In this document: positions 53,322 through 62,309 of the stretch, one piece after another
How the letters are laid out: every line of letters begins with the position of its first letter
How positions within the stretch are numbered: the first letter of the stretch is position 1
Assembly (NCBI GenBank): GCA_965206105.1
Contig: OZ242201.1
Span: 588,852 to 652,851 of the forward strand
From: Longimicrobiales bacterium
GTDB lineage: Bacteria > Gemmatimonadota > Gemmatimonadetes > Longimicrobiales > Gaopeijiaceae
DNA length: 64,000 nt
Direction of reading: 5' to 3'
Program-made: the position numbers and the translations under genes
The notes under the pieces: generated by a model
What the model saw: only the letters and a program-made list of their open reading frames with translations
What the model was told of the DNA's origin: nothing
The model's database searches: none

Positions 53322-54374
53322 TCACCCTGTCAGGAACAACACGACCAGGAAGCCCGGGAGCAACACCCAGAAATAGAGCCATTCCACCACGAAGCCCTTG
53401 ATCAGGGTCCGGATCCAGCCGTCCCCGTAGAAGCGGCGCAGGGCGATCAGGTAGTACACCTCCGCAGCGAGAATCAGGAACAGGCGTGCCAGGCCTCCAA
53501 ACGTGCCCCCAGGCATCACCAGCGCTGTCCCGAGGGCCAGGAAGATGAAGGTCTGCACGTGAATGGCGAAGACCAGGTGCTCGATCAGGTACCGTCGCTT
53601 TCTCAAGTAGCAGACTTTCAGGGCAAGAGCCAGGAACGGCAGCAGGAAGAACATTGCGATCGGCATGTTGCCGATCATCCGCTGGAGGAAGACCTCGGGA
53701 TCGTGCAGGAGGTCGACCATGCTGGTCACGAACGCCCTCATAAGGAACCCGGGGGGATCCGTCCTTAGCGCTGCGACGGGAGCCACCGAGTCCTCCGGAC
53801 TCACCAGATCCGGTCCAAACGGATCGCGATAGGCCACCAGCCGGACCAGCATCGGGAGGAGATCCCGCGACGTACTCGCCCCTGGTCGGGCGAGGATGTC
53901 TTCCACTCTCTGGCCCTGTTCCGGCCGCAACGCCGTCATCAGAGCAGCGAGTTCGGCCTCGCTCACGATCTGTGATGGATAGACCTCCCCAGGGTCCGAT
54001 TCGATCATCACGGCCGAATCGTCGTAACCGGTGTTCGGCAACTTCCACGACAACACGAGGAAGAATACGAGGCTCGTGAAGAGATACAGCCGAATCGGCG
54101 ACATGTACCGGGCCCGCCGGTTGCGTGAGAATTCGGCCGACAGACTCCCGGGCTTGAAGAGGAGGAGCTTCAGGGTCTGAAGGATCCTCGCGTCCACCTC
54201 GAAGGCCTCGCGGTTCAGTTCCCAGAGCATGGGAAGCAGCGACCGCTTGTAGTTCCGGTCGTTCTGGCCGCACCGGGCGCAATAGCGGCCAGAGCGGGCG
54301 TCGCCGCAGTTGAGGCAGGAGGCGGGGGAGGACGGCTCGGGTCCGGCGGGATTCCGATTCGGTGAGTCGGGCAC
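53322..54374 (-). CDS. DUF3667-like zinc-ribbon membrane protein (paralog 1)
   Basis: CLNCG...YCARCGQ, then KPGSLSAEFSRNRRARYMSP and TM helices. GTG start. Confidence 0.8.
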   Translation of the reverse strand: MPDSPNRNPAGPEPSSPASCLNCGDARSGRYCARCGQNDRNYKRSLLPMLWELNREAFEVDARILQTLKLLLFKPGSLSAEFSRNRRARYMSPIRLYLFTSLVFFLVLSWKLPNTGYDDSAVMIESDPGEVYPSQIVSEAELAALMTALRPEQGQRVEDILARPGASTSRDLLPMLVRLVAYRDPFGPDLVSPEDSVAPVAALRTDPPGFLMRAFVTSMVDLLHDPEVFLQRMIGNMPIAMFFLLPFLALALKVCYLRKRRYLIEHLVFAIHVQTFIFLALGTALVMPGGTFGGLARLFLILAAEVYYLIALRRFYGDGWIRTLIKGFVVEWLYFWVLLPGFLVVLFLTG

Positions 54375-54380
54375 GTTGGT

Positions 54381-54575
54381 TCAACCGATAGTCACTAGCA
54401 GTACAATCAGGAGAGCGGGCAACAGAACGATGGAATAGAGTACACCGGCCCCGATGCAGTGGCCAGCGCCCACAATGGGGTTGCGGCGCCGACCAATCCA
54501 GATCGTTGCGGACCTGCGTGGGGAGGATGGCTGCAAGCTTCCCCGCCTTGCGGCTACCATCCCCGCGCGGTCCAT
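54381..54575 (-). CDS. possible small membrane protein
   Basis: C-terminal hydrophobic helix GAGVLYSIVLLPALLIVLLVTIG. The stop lies 6 nt before the downstream GTG. The locus is lower in GC than its surroundings. Start uncertain. Confidence 0.3.
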   Translation of the reverse strand: MDRAGMVAARRGSLQPSSPRRSATIWIGRRRNPIVGAGHCIGAGVLYSIVLLPALLIVLLVTIG

Positions 54576-54640
54576 TTCCACCCCACGCGGCACCCCCTCA
54601 CCCCCCCGCCGCACCCCACCCTGCGACCAAGGCCGCGCGC

Positions 54641-57600
54641 ATGCACCGCTCCACGATCCCACCGACCCGCCACCGTTCCCTCCCTGCGGCGATCCCCGCC
54701 CGCCCAGCACACCCTGCCAGCCCCCCACACCCCGCCCGCCGCCCGGCACCCCGCACCCGGCACCCCCTCGCCATCGCCGGCCTCGCCCTGTTCCTCGCGA
54801 CCGGCGCCCCGCCCCACCCCACCGCCGCCCAGACCCCCCCCACCGACGCCGACCCCGCCATCATCCACGAAGCCGCGCAGGGCCTCGCGCTGCGCGGGAT
54901 CGGCCCGGCGCTGATGGGCGGGCGCATCGCCGACATCGCGGTCCACCCCGACGACCCCACCACCTGGTACATCGCGGTCGGCTCCGGCGGCGTCTGGAAG
55001 ACCACGAACGCGGGCATTTCCTGGACGCCCGTTTTCGACGACCAACCGTCCTATTCCATCGGCGATGTCGCCATCGATCCGTCCGATCCGGACATCGTGT
55101 GGGTGGGCACGGGCGAGAACGTGAGCGGGCGGCATGTGGCCTGGGGCGACGGGGTGTACCGGAGCCGCGACGGCGGCCGCACATGGCGCCGCATGGGGCT
55201 CGCGGCCTCCGAGCACATCGGCAAGATCCTGGTGGATCCGCGGGACGGGAATGTCGTGTTCGTCGCGGCGGAGGGGCCGCTTTGGTCGACGGGCGGCGAG
55301 CGCGGGCTATACCGGACCGGGGACGGGGGCGAGACGTGGGAGGCCGTGCTGACGGTCGACGCGAACACCGGCGTCACCGACGTGGAGTTCGATCCCGTCG
55401 ACCCCGACATCATGTACGCGGCAACGTACGAGCGGCGGCGGAGCGTGTGGGCGCTGCTGGCGGGCGGCCCCGGGTCGGGGATCCACAAGTCGACGGACGG
55501 GGGGCGGACCTGGCGGCGGGTGAGCCGTGGGCTCCCGGATGCCGATATGGGAAAGATCGGGCTGGCCGTTTCGGGCGCCGACCGCAACGTGGTGTACGCG
55601 ACGATCGAGGCCGCGGCGGGCGACCGGGGCTTCTACCGCTCCACCGACCGGGGCGAGAGCTGGGAGCGCCGCAATTCCTACATCTCGGGCGGGACCGGGC
55701 CCCACTACTACCAGGAGATCGAGGCGTCGCCGCACGATGTGGACCTGGTCTACCAGATGGACGTCTTCGTGCACGTCACGCGCGATGGCGGCGCCACCTT
55801 CACCGAGCTGGGGACGGGCCGCGAGAAGCACAGCGACAATCACGCCTTCTGGATCGATCCCGCGAACGGCAGGCACCTCCTCGCCGGGACCGACGCGGGG
55901 CTCTACGAGACCTTCGACGAGGGGACGACCTGGCGGCACTTCCCGAACATGCCCGTGTCCCAGTTCTACAAGCTCGCGCTCGACAATTCCGAGCCGTTCT
56001 ACAACATCCTCGGGGGCGCACAGGACCTCGGGACGCTCCACGGGCCGTCGCGCACGATGAACCAGGAGGGCGTACGCAACCGCGACTGGTACGTGCCGCT
56101 GGGCGCCGACGGGTACGCCGCCGCCTTCGACATGGCCGATCCAGCCATTGCCTTCATCCAGACCCAGCAGGGGAATCTGCAGCGGGTCAACCTCGTCAAC
56201 CACGAACTCATCAACATCCGTCCCCAGCCGGCCCCCGGCGACCCGCCCGAGCGCTGGAACTGGGACAGCCCGGTCATCGCGAGCCCCCATGCGGAGGGCC
56301 GGATCTATTACGCGTCGCAGCGGCTGTGGCGGAGCGATGACCGGGGTGGTTCATGGCAGGCCGTGAGCGGCGATCTCACCCGCAACGACAACCGCTACGA
56401 GCTGCCGATGGCGGGACGGGTGCGCAGCATCGACGCGCTGTACGGGAACACCGCAATGTCCCTGTACTCGACCATTTCGGCGATTTCGGAGTCGCCGGTG
56501 GCGGAGGGCGTCCTCTACGTCGGGACCGATGACGGGCTGGTGCAGGTGACGGAGGACGGGGGCGAGACATGGCGCCAGGCGGCGGCGCTGCCGGGCGTGC
56601 CCGAGCGCGCGTTCATGAACGACATCAAGGCGTCGCAGCACGACGGCGCGACGGTCTTCGTGGCGCCGGACAACCACAAGGAGGGCGACTACACGCCCTA
56701 TCTCCTCGAGAGCAACGACGCCGGACGCAGCTGGCGCTCGATCGCGGGCGACCTGCCGGACGGCATCGTCATCTGGTCGGTGGAACAGGACCACGAGCGT
56801 CCCGATCTGCTATTCCTCGGCACCGAACACGGCATCTATTTCACGACGAACGGGGGCGACCACTGGGTGCTGCTGGGCAACGGCGCCCCCACGATCTCGT
56901 TCCGTGATCTGGAGATCCAGCGCCGCGACGACGACCTGGTCGGCGCGACCTTCGGCCGCGGCTTCTACATCCTCGACGACTACGCGCCGCTCCGGGAGAT
57001 GGCCGCCGGCGCGCTGACCGCCGGCGCAACCCTGTTCCCCGTGCGGGACGCCTGGTGGTACGTCCCCAACACCCCGCTCCAGGCGGCCGGCCAGCCGACC
57101 CTCGGCACGACCTCGTTCGTCGCGCCCAACCCGGACTTCGGCGCCACCTTCACCTACTGGCTGGCCGAAGCGCCCGAGACGATGCGCGAGGAGCGGCGCC
57201 GCGAAGAGCGCGCGGCCGCGGGGCGCGGCGAGGACATCGCCTTCCCCGGCTACGATCGCCTCGCCGCCGAGGCCCAGGAGAGCGGGCCGCGCGTGGCGCT
57301 CCTGGTGCGGGACGCCGCGGGCAACCCCGTGCGGCGCGTCATGGGCCCCGCCCGGCGCGGCCTCCACCGCGTCACCTGGGACCTCCGCCGCCCCGCCCCC
57401 GACCCGGTCAACCTCACCACGCCGGGATTCTCGCCCCCCTGGGCGGGCCAGTCGCGCGGCCCGCTCGCGCCGCCGGGCGACTACACGGTCGAGATGGCGC
57501 TCATCACGGAGGCCGGTGTGGAGCCGCTCGGCGAGTCCCAGTCCTTCACGGTGAAACCCGTGCCCAACATCGACATGAGCACCGATTTCGTCGCCGCGAT

Positions 57601-58048
57601 GGCCTTCGCCGAGGAGACGGCCGACCTGCAGCGCCGCGCGAGGGGCGCCACCGCCGAGATCGGGCGCGCGCGCGACCGGCTCCGCCACATGCGCGCCGCC
57701 CTCGACGAGACCCCCGCAGCGGGCGCCGAGCTCTACCAGCGCCTGGAGGAGATCGACGGGCGGCTCGCCGAGGTCGCGGCCGAGCTCCAGGGCGACCCCA
57801 CGCCGGGCCGCTACAACGAGCCCACCGCCCCCTCGATCACGGGCCGCATCGGGCAGGTCGCCGGGGGGCACTGGGGTACGCGCCAGGAGCCCACCGCGAC
57901 GCAGCGCGAGAGTCTCCAGGTAGCGCGGGCCGGGTTTGAGGAGGTCGTCGTGCGGCTCAGGTCGCTGCTGGAAGACGATCTTGCCGGGCTGGAGCGGGAC
58001 ATGGAGGCGGCGGGGGCGCCGTGGACGCCGGGGCGGCGGATCGGGTGA
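54641..58048 (+). CDS. BNR/Asp-box repeat (sortilin/VPS10-like) exported protein
   Basis: About ten S/T-x-D-G-G-x-T/S-W Asp-box motifs (STDGGRTW, SRDGGRTW, TGDGGETW, SNDAGRSW and others). Signal-like AIAGLALFLATGA. Confidence 0.85.
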   Translation: MHRSTIPPTRHRSLPAAIPARPAHPASPPHPARRPAPRTRHPLAIAGLALFLATGAPPHPTAAQTPPTDADPAIIHEAAQGLALRGIGPALMGGRIADIAVHPDDPTTWYIAVGSGGVWKTTNAGISWTPVFDDQPSYSIGDVAIDPSDPDIVWVGTGENVSGRHVAWGDGVYRSRDGGRTWRRMGLAASEHIGKILVDPRDGNVVFVAAEGPLWSTGGERGLYRTGDGGETWEAVLTVDANTGVTDVEFDPVDPDIMYAATYERRRSVWALLAGGPGSGIHKSTDGGRTWRRVSRGLPDADMGKIGLAVSGADRNVVYATIEAAAGDRGFYRSTDRGESWERRNSYISGGTGPHYYQEIEASPHDVDLVYQMDVFVHVTRDGGATFTELGTGREKHSDNHAFWIDPANGRHLLAGTDAGLYETFDEGTTWRHFPNMPVSQFYKLALDNSEPFYNILGGAQDLGTLHGPSRTMNQEGVRNRDWYVPLGADGYAAAFDMADPAIAFIQTQQGNLQRVNLVNHELINIRPQPAPGDPPERWNWDSPVIASPHAEGRIYYASQRLWRSDDRGGSWQAVSGDLTRNDNRYELPMAGRVRSIDALYGNTAMSLYSTISAISESPVAEGVLYVGTDDGLVQVTEDGGETWRQAAALPGVPERAFMNDIKASQHDGATVFVAPDNHKEGDYTPYLLESNDAGRSWRSIAGDLPDGIVIWSVEQDHERPDLLFLGTEHGIYFTTNGGDHWVLLGNGAPTISFRDLEIQRRDDDLVGATFGRGFYILDDYAPLREMAAGALTAGATLFPVRDAWWYVPNTPLQAAGQPTLGTTSFVAPNPDFGATFTYWLAEAPETMREERRREERAAAGRGEDIAFPGYDRLAAEAQESGPRVALLVRDAAGNPVRRVMGPARRGLHRVTWDLRRPAPDPVNLTTPGFSPPWAGQSRGPLAPPGDYTVEMALITEAGVEPLGESQSFTVKPVPNIDMSTDFVAAMAFAEETADLQRRARGATAEIGRARDRLRHMRAALDETPAAGAELYQRLEEIDGRLAEVAAELQGDPTPGRYNEPTAPSITGRIGQVAGGHWGTRQEPTATQRESLQVARAGFEEVVVRLRSLLEDDLAGLERDMEAAGAPWTPGRRIG

Positions 58049-58072
58049 GGTCCCGGCGGATCCCCCGGCGGT

Positions 58073-58342
58073 TCAACGACCCCGCCGGTAGATGTCCTTG
58101 CGCTGCCCGACCTTGAGAATGATGATCACCAGCCGTCGTCGCGATACGCTGTAGAGGATCCGGTATCGCCCAACGCGGACGCGGTAGACATCGTCGTACC
58201 CCGTCAGCTTTCTCGCCCCCTGCGGAAACGGGTCTTCCGCCAGTAGCAGCATCCTGCGGACGAGGCGCTCCTGAACCTCCCGAGGGAGCTTGCGCAACTG
58301 CTTCTCCGCCGTGCGGGAGACCTCGACTTCATGCTGTCCCAT
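58073..58342 (-). CDS. relE: RelE/ParE family toxin
   Basis: 89 aa. KQLRKLP...YRVRVGRYRILY...I.ILKVGQRKDIY is typical of the RelE/StbE family. Confidence 0.85.
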   Translation of the reverse strand: MGQHEVEVSRTAEKQLRKLPREVQERLVRRMLLLAEDPFPQGARKLTGYDDVYRVRVGRYRILYSVSRRRLVIIILKVGQRKDIYRRGR

Positions 58343-58553
58343 CGAGGTGGAGCTCCCGAATCACATCGGCCAGCGGCCGAGTGGGCTCGTGTCGGATCCG
58401 CTTCAGATCGTCAATGTCCTCAAGCTCCTCGAGTCGATCCAGCAGGGCCTCCCGGACAAAGTGACTCACGACCAATCCCCGGGATCTGCAGCACTCGTCG
58501 ACCGCCTTCTTCAGGGCTTCGTCCACCCTGACGTTCATCTGTACCTTTCCCAT
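58329..58553 (-). CDS. ribbon-helix-helix antitoxin
   Basis: MGKVQMNVRVDEALKKAVDE is an RHH beta-strand start. Overlaps the toxin start by 14 nt. A GAGGAAGA Shine-Dalgarno sequence and a TGCTAGAAT extended -10 (58597..58589) lie upstream. Confidence 0.75.
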   Translation of the reverse strand: MGKVQMNVRVDEALKKAVDECCRSRGLVVSHFVREALLDRLEELEDIDDLKRIRHEPTRPLADVIRELHLDGTA

Positions 58554-58780
58554 CTCGTCTTCCTCGGCTGGTGGCATCCGCGAGAACCATTCTAGCATCT
58601 GCTATACAATGAGGCAACGCGGCGGGGTATCCAGAATCGGCTCCGACTCTCTCAACTTCGGACGAGATCGTGGTCACGCTTGTTCATTCCGACGAGACCG
58701 CCCATATCCCTCCGGGCGCCGCACGAGCCGGGCCCGTTCAACCAGCCAAGCTCGCGATGGCGCAACCCCGGGTTCTCCGG

Positions 58781-59221
58781 TCACCGCCGGCGCAACGGAT
58801 CCACCACGGTAAGAAACGGAAACCGGTGAAATCCCGTGTCGCGCGTGCAGATCCGGCTGACTCCATGCTCGCGCATCAGCACCGCAGTGTGAAGATCGTG
58901 CATCTGGTTTCCGCGGACATCCGGGAGCTCGGCCACGGTCTGCTCAAGCACGGCCGCGTGCCGTCGCGTCGCGAGGAGCAGATCGATCCCGGGCGAACTC
59001 AGCAGCGCCGCAATGAAGCGCCTCGCCTCCGCGGGCGTCCACGGCGAGCGGAAGACTCGCCGGTGCGTGCTGACCCGCAGGAACTCGTAGCAGATGTTCC
59101 AGGTGAGGAAGGCGGGGGAAGGATCGCGGCGGGCGGCTTCGATCCAGCGCCGGCAGGGTTCACGAAACTCGGAGCCCTCGTCCGCCGCGTAGAGGAGCAC
59201 GTTGGTGTCGAAGACCAGCAA
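58781..59221 (-). CDS. vapC: PIN-domain toxin VapC
   Basis: MLVFDTNVLLYA (Asp), then the distal TRDTGF acidic motif. Confidence 0.85.
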   Translation of the reverse strand: MLVFDTNVLLYAADEGSEFREPCRRWIEAARRDPSPAFLTWNICYEFLRVSTHRRVFRSPWTPAEARRFIAALLSSPGIDLLLATRRHAAVLEQTVAELPDVRGNQMHDLHTAVLMREHGVSRICTRDTGFHRFPFLTVVDPLRRR

Positions 59222-59461
59222 TCAGTCGTCCTCCATCACCCGGTGAAGCTCTTCCCGGTTGGATATGTCGACCAGGTGGCCACCGCTGTGCCAGGACGGC
59301 AGCGTGGGCAGCGTACCCGGACCCTCCTCCGCCTCACGGTCCCCAGCGAGTACAAGCCGCAACCCTGCCTCCACAAGCGCGGACATGGTGGTTTCGCGAC
59401 GGACCGCCTCCGCGCGCAGGCGCCGCATGACCGTGTCGTCGATGTTGAGCGTCGTTTTCAT
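59222..59461 (-). CDS. vapB: VapB-type antitoxin
   Basis: MKTTLNIDDTVMRRLRAEA is a typical N-terminus. It abuts the vapC start. Confidence 0.75.
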   Translation of the reverse strand: MKTTLNIDDTVMRRLRAEAVRRETTMSALVEAGLRLVLAGDREAEEGPGTLPTLPSWHSGGHLVDISNREELHRVMEDD

Positions 59462-59498
59462 ATGGATTACCATATGCTTGATATGGGAATATGGCAAG
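59459..59498. promoter_or_regulatory. ATATGG repeat cluster at the vapB start (candidate autoregulatory operator)
   Basis: CATATGGattaCCATATG palindrome plus two further ATATGG words (59481, 59489). Confidence 0.4.
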
Positions 59499-59620
59499 AG
59501 CGTGGCGCGCGGCATGGCCCACGACGCGTGCGCCCTCTTGGACTTGCAACAGTCAACTCCGCGACCGCATCCGCGCCGCTTGTCGGTCCCCGGCCCACGA
59601 CCTTACCCGTCAATGGCGTC

Positions 59621-59831
59621 TCATAGCAGATCTGCAAACTCCTCTGCCGTAAGTCCAGCGTCGCGGACAATGCGACCCATGGTGAATGCGTTCACGGGGT
59701 TGTTGCGGGGAACAGTCACGATGCGCTGGCCATCGGTCAGCACGATGTGCTTGCTCTGCCGCGATGCGGAACCCGGCCTTCTCGAGGGCGCGCACCGCCC
59801 GGAGGTGGTTGATTCCGGGTATGCCGGGCAT
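59621..59831 (-). pseudogene. hicA: HicA toxin with a 1-nt frameshift near 59760
   Basis: Frame 1 gives MPGIPGINHLRAVRALEKAGFRI. The remainder, RQSKHIVLTDGQRIVTVPRNNPVNAFTMGRIVRDAGLTAEEFADLL*, is in the next frame. The span is 211 nt, which is not a multiple of 3. Confidence 0.65.
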
Positions 59832-59834
59832 GGC

Positions 59835-60032
59835 CTACACGGCCACCTCGATTTCGCGGATCCTCATGCCCGTGGCGTTCTCCACCGCCACTTCAAGGTA
59901 TTCTCGAATAGCATCGGTGATGTTCGCCAAAGCTTCCTCTTCCGTCTCACCCTGGGACACACAGCCGGGTAAGCCTGGAACCCAGACGGAGAAGCCCTCG
60001 TCGGATTCGTGAAGCGCTACGCGGTATTTCAC
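59835..60032 (-). CDS. hicB: HicB-type antitoxin
   Basis: MKYRVALHESDEGFSVWVPGLPGCVSQGETEEEAL is a typical HicB/UPF0150 N-terminal domain. Confidence 0.8.
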   Translation of the reverse strand: MKYRVALHESDEGFSVWVPGLPGCVSQGETEEEALANITDAIREYLEVAVENATGMRIREIEVAV

Positions 60033-60059
60033 TCCCGATCTCCTTTCGAGATTCTGTCT

Positions 60060-60095
60060 TTCAATTCAATTCAATGGAATTCGAACGATGGAATG
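60060..60095. promoter_or_regulatory. short tandem repeats upstream of hicB
   Basis: (TTCAA)x3, then ATGGAAT-tcgaacg-ATGGAAT. AT-rich. Confidence 0.35.
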
Positions 60096-60349
60096 TAGCG
60101 GATTCGGAGGCAACAGGGCCCGCGCGATGTATGCAGCGCGCTTCGCTGGTCAAGGCAATCGCCGCCCCCGACCTACACTTCGCGGCCCTGATGGCGGGGC
60201 CCGAGTTCTTCACCGATCCCCGCACGGCCACGTAGGCGCCGGGGCGGGCGGGCGATGTGCTCGACGGAGGACGCGATGGAACTCACCCGCCAAGCCTGCG
60301 AGGCCGCCCGAAGACGCCCGGGTGCGCCGTCAACCGTCGTGAGGTCCCC

Positions 60350-61132
60350 CTACCCCGACCTCTCCAGCGGCCACACCTGAATCGACTCCACCCCCATCTC
60401 GTCCACGACCCGTCCCAGGATGTAGTCCCCGCCGATCTCCAGGACGTCGAGCTCCGCGGGAGTCTCCACGTACCCCAGCACGCGCCCCGCGGGGTCGAAT
60501 ACCGTCCAGAGCGGGGCGGGCCTGGGCTCCAGCGGGTAGTCGTATTCCCGGACCCAGAGGTGGCCGGCGCCGTCGCCCATGAATTCGGAAAACGCCGGAA
60601 AGGACTCCGCGATCTGCGCGGATTCGTGATGCGCCAGCCCCGTCACCGGCAACTGGCTCACGTAGTGATCGTAGTCGGCCTGCGTCGGAGCTCGGGGGAC
60701 ATGTCCGCGGCGAACGATCCGGGCGAGGGTGCCATCCGCCCGGAACGCCTTGATCTCGTAGCCGTGGATGGAACCGATGCAGACGAGATCGCCCCAAAGT
60801 CCCACTTCGCGGCTCTGGCGGAAGACGACCGGGTAGGTGCTGCGGATCATTTCATCCGGAACGGGGACCTCGTAGTTCTCGCCATAGAGATGGTAGCCCA
60901 GAGAGACGGACATGGTGTTGTCGCCGTTCCAGATCTCGACGGTATGCGAATTGGTGGTCACGAGGATCGTGCCGTCCGCGCGCGGGGCCTCGGGCCAGCG
61001 GATCTCCGGCGGCGGTCCCCCGAAGCGCAGGGAGCGGCCGAAGTTCCCGTCCGCATCGTAGATGGATACGACACCGGCCTGCGCCGTATACCACGCCATG
61101 ATCGAGTCGCCCTGCCAGGGCTCGGCAGTCAC
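60350..61132 (-). CDS. beta-propeller protein fragment, N-terminally shorter paralog of 14349..15650
   Basis: The C-terminal 150 aa align with 14349..15650 (LARIVRR...PTQAD...LWTVFDP.G..LG(F/Y)VETP.EL...EIG.DYILG.V.DE.GVE..QV). No signal peptide. Confidence 0.6.
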   Translation of the reverse strand: MTAEPWQGDSIMAWYTAQAGVVSIYDADGNFGRSLRFGGPPPEIRWPEAPRADGTILVTTNSHTVEIWNGDNTMSVSLGYHLYGENYEVPVPDEMIRSTYPVVFRQSREVGLWGDLVCIGSIHGYEIKAFRADGTLARIVRRGHVPRAPTQADYDHYVSQLPVTGLAHHESAQIAESFPAFSEFMGDGAGHLWVREYDYPLEPRPAPLWTVFDPAGRVLGYVETPAELDVLEIGGDYILGRVVDEMGVESIQVWPLERSG

Positions 61133-61146
61133 CAGGTGTCCGTATT

Positions 61147-62277
61147 CTAGCCATGCCGCTTGAAGAACTCGTCGGTCCCCGCAGGCAACAGCAGGTTGTC
61201 GGAGATCGCGGCGATCTCTTCCGCCTCCTTCCAGGCCTGTTCCAGCACCCAGAGTTCGCCTTCGAGGGCGCGGCGCTCCCGTTCTTCGTGGAGGGCCATC
61301 TCGAGGGCGAGTTTTGTGCTCTGCGGGAAAGCCGCAATCGATCCCTCTCCGCGGAGTCTCTTCTTGTACCCACGCCTGGCCACGGCGGAAGCGAAGCGGC
61401 TCGGGTGCCCGCAGTCGTTGATCTCCCGCACCGCCTCTCTGACCACATACCGAGGCCCGCCCTCAGGGTTGAATCCCGATATTACGGCTGCGGCCACGCG
61501 CCGGGCGTCTTCGCCTTCGAACCGGGCTCTTCGCGTCAGCTTGCGAAGCTCCACAGAGAAACCGGTTTCACTGTTGTCGGGCAGCAGGCGGAGCGACCTG
61601 AGGTCCTTGAATCTGAACCTGACGAAATCGCTCGCATCGCCGGCTCCCGGGGCATCTTCGTTGACAGTGCTCCCAAGGCGGACCTTGCCGACGGTGCGCA
61701 GCAAGAACCAGGCGAAGAACGCCGATACGCCCACCGACCAGCCGGTCGCCACACCGGCGGGCAGTACGAGCCAACCCGCGTCGAGTCCCATTCCCCCACC
61801 AAAAGAGGTGGCAAAGTACGTATATGCCGCCGCCTTTGAACGAAACCACCGGCGCCTGAACAGATCCCCGTAGCGCCAGGCCGCGAACTCGCGCCGCCGA
61901 GCCCGGCCGATGCGCACCAGGTCCAGGCCCCCGCCGTGACGCGCGATGCCGATGTTCTCCGTCGAGACCCGCACACGGGTGTCGCGGTAGATGCGCTCGC
62001 ACTCTTCGATCGCTTCCCACCGCTCCTCGATCGGGGTCAGGTTCCAGCGCAGGCACTTCCGGCATACCACCCATAGCCGGCCCTTCGCCTCGTCGAAGGC
62101 GAGACGGCGGCCGACGGGGAAGTGCTCGACCACCTGGTTCTCGCCGAGCGGCTTCTTGCAGAACAGACAGGTCTTGTACACTCTCGGCGGCACTCCTCGG
62201 TCCTGGGGCCCGCCCAAAGAATGGCAGCGCGGGCGCGCCGGGGCAAAGCGCTGGCGAGCCGGGGCAAAGCTGGACAC
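61147..62277 (-). CDS. zinc-ribbon membrane protein of unknown function
   Basis: CLFCKK...CRKCLRW cysteine pairs and central hydrophobic helices. The start is uncertain because only 32 nt separate it from the divergent gene. Confidence 0.55.
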   Translation of the reverse strand: MSSFAPARQRFAPARPRCHSLGGPQDRGVPPRVYKTCLFCKKPLGENQVVEHFPVGRRLAFDEAKGRLWVVCRKCLRWNLTPIEERWEAIEECERIYRDTRVRVSTENIGIARHGGGLDLVRIGRARRREFAAWRYGDLFRRRWFRSKAAAYTYFATSFGGGMGLDAGWLVLPAGVATGWSVGVSAFFAWFLLRTVGKVRLGSTVNEDAPGAGDASDFVRFRFKDLRSLRLLPDNSETGFSVELRKLTRRARFEGEDARRVAAAVISGFNPEGGPRYVVREAVREINDCGHPSRFASAVARRGYKKRLRGEGSIAAFPQSTKLALEMALHEERERRALEGELWVLEQAWKEAEEIAAISDNLLLPAGTDEFFKRHG

Positions 62278-62309
62278 ATTGCCGGGCGCGCCTCATCGTT
62301 AGCGTCACC

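Noticed and set aside
58554-58780. Possible extra gene in the 227-bp gap between the RHH antitoxin and vapC (ORFs 58609..58812(+), 58420..58677(-)).
   Set aside because: The translations are Arg/Ser/Gly-rich with no motif. The region better fits the relE-module promoter (TGCTAGAAT at 58597..58589) plus spacer.
60100-60349. Non-coding ~250 bp between hicB and the beta-propeller fragment, as a candidate ncRNA or gene remnant.
   Set aside because: I could not find a convincing structure, repeat or protein remnant by eye. I leave it unannotated.
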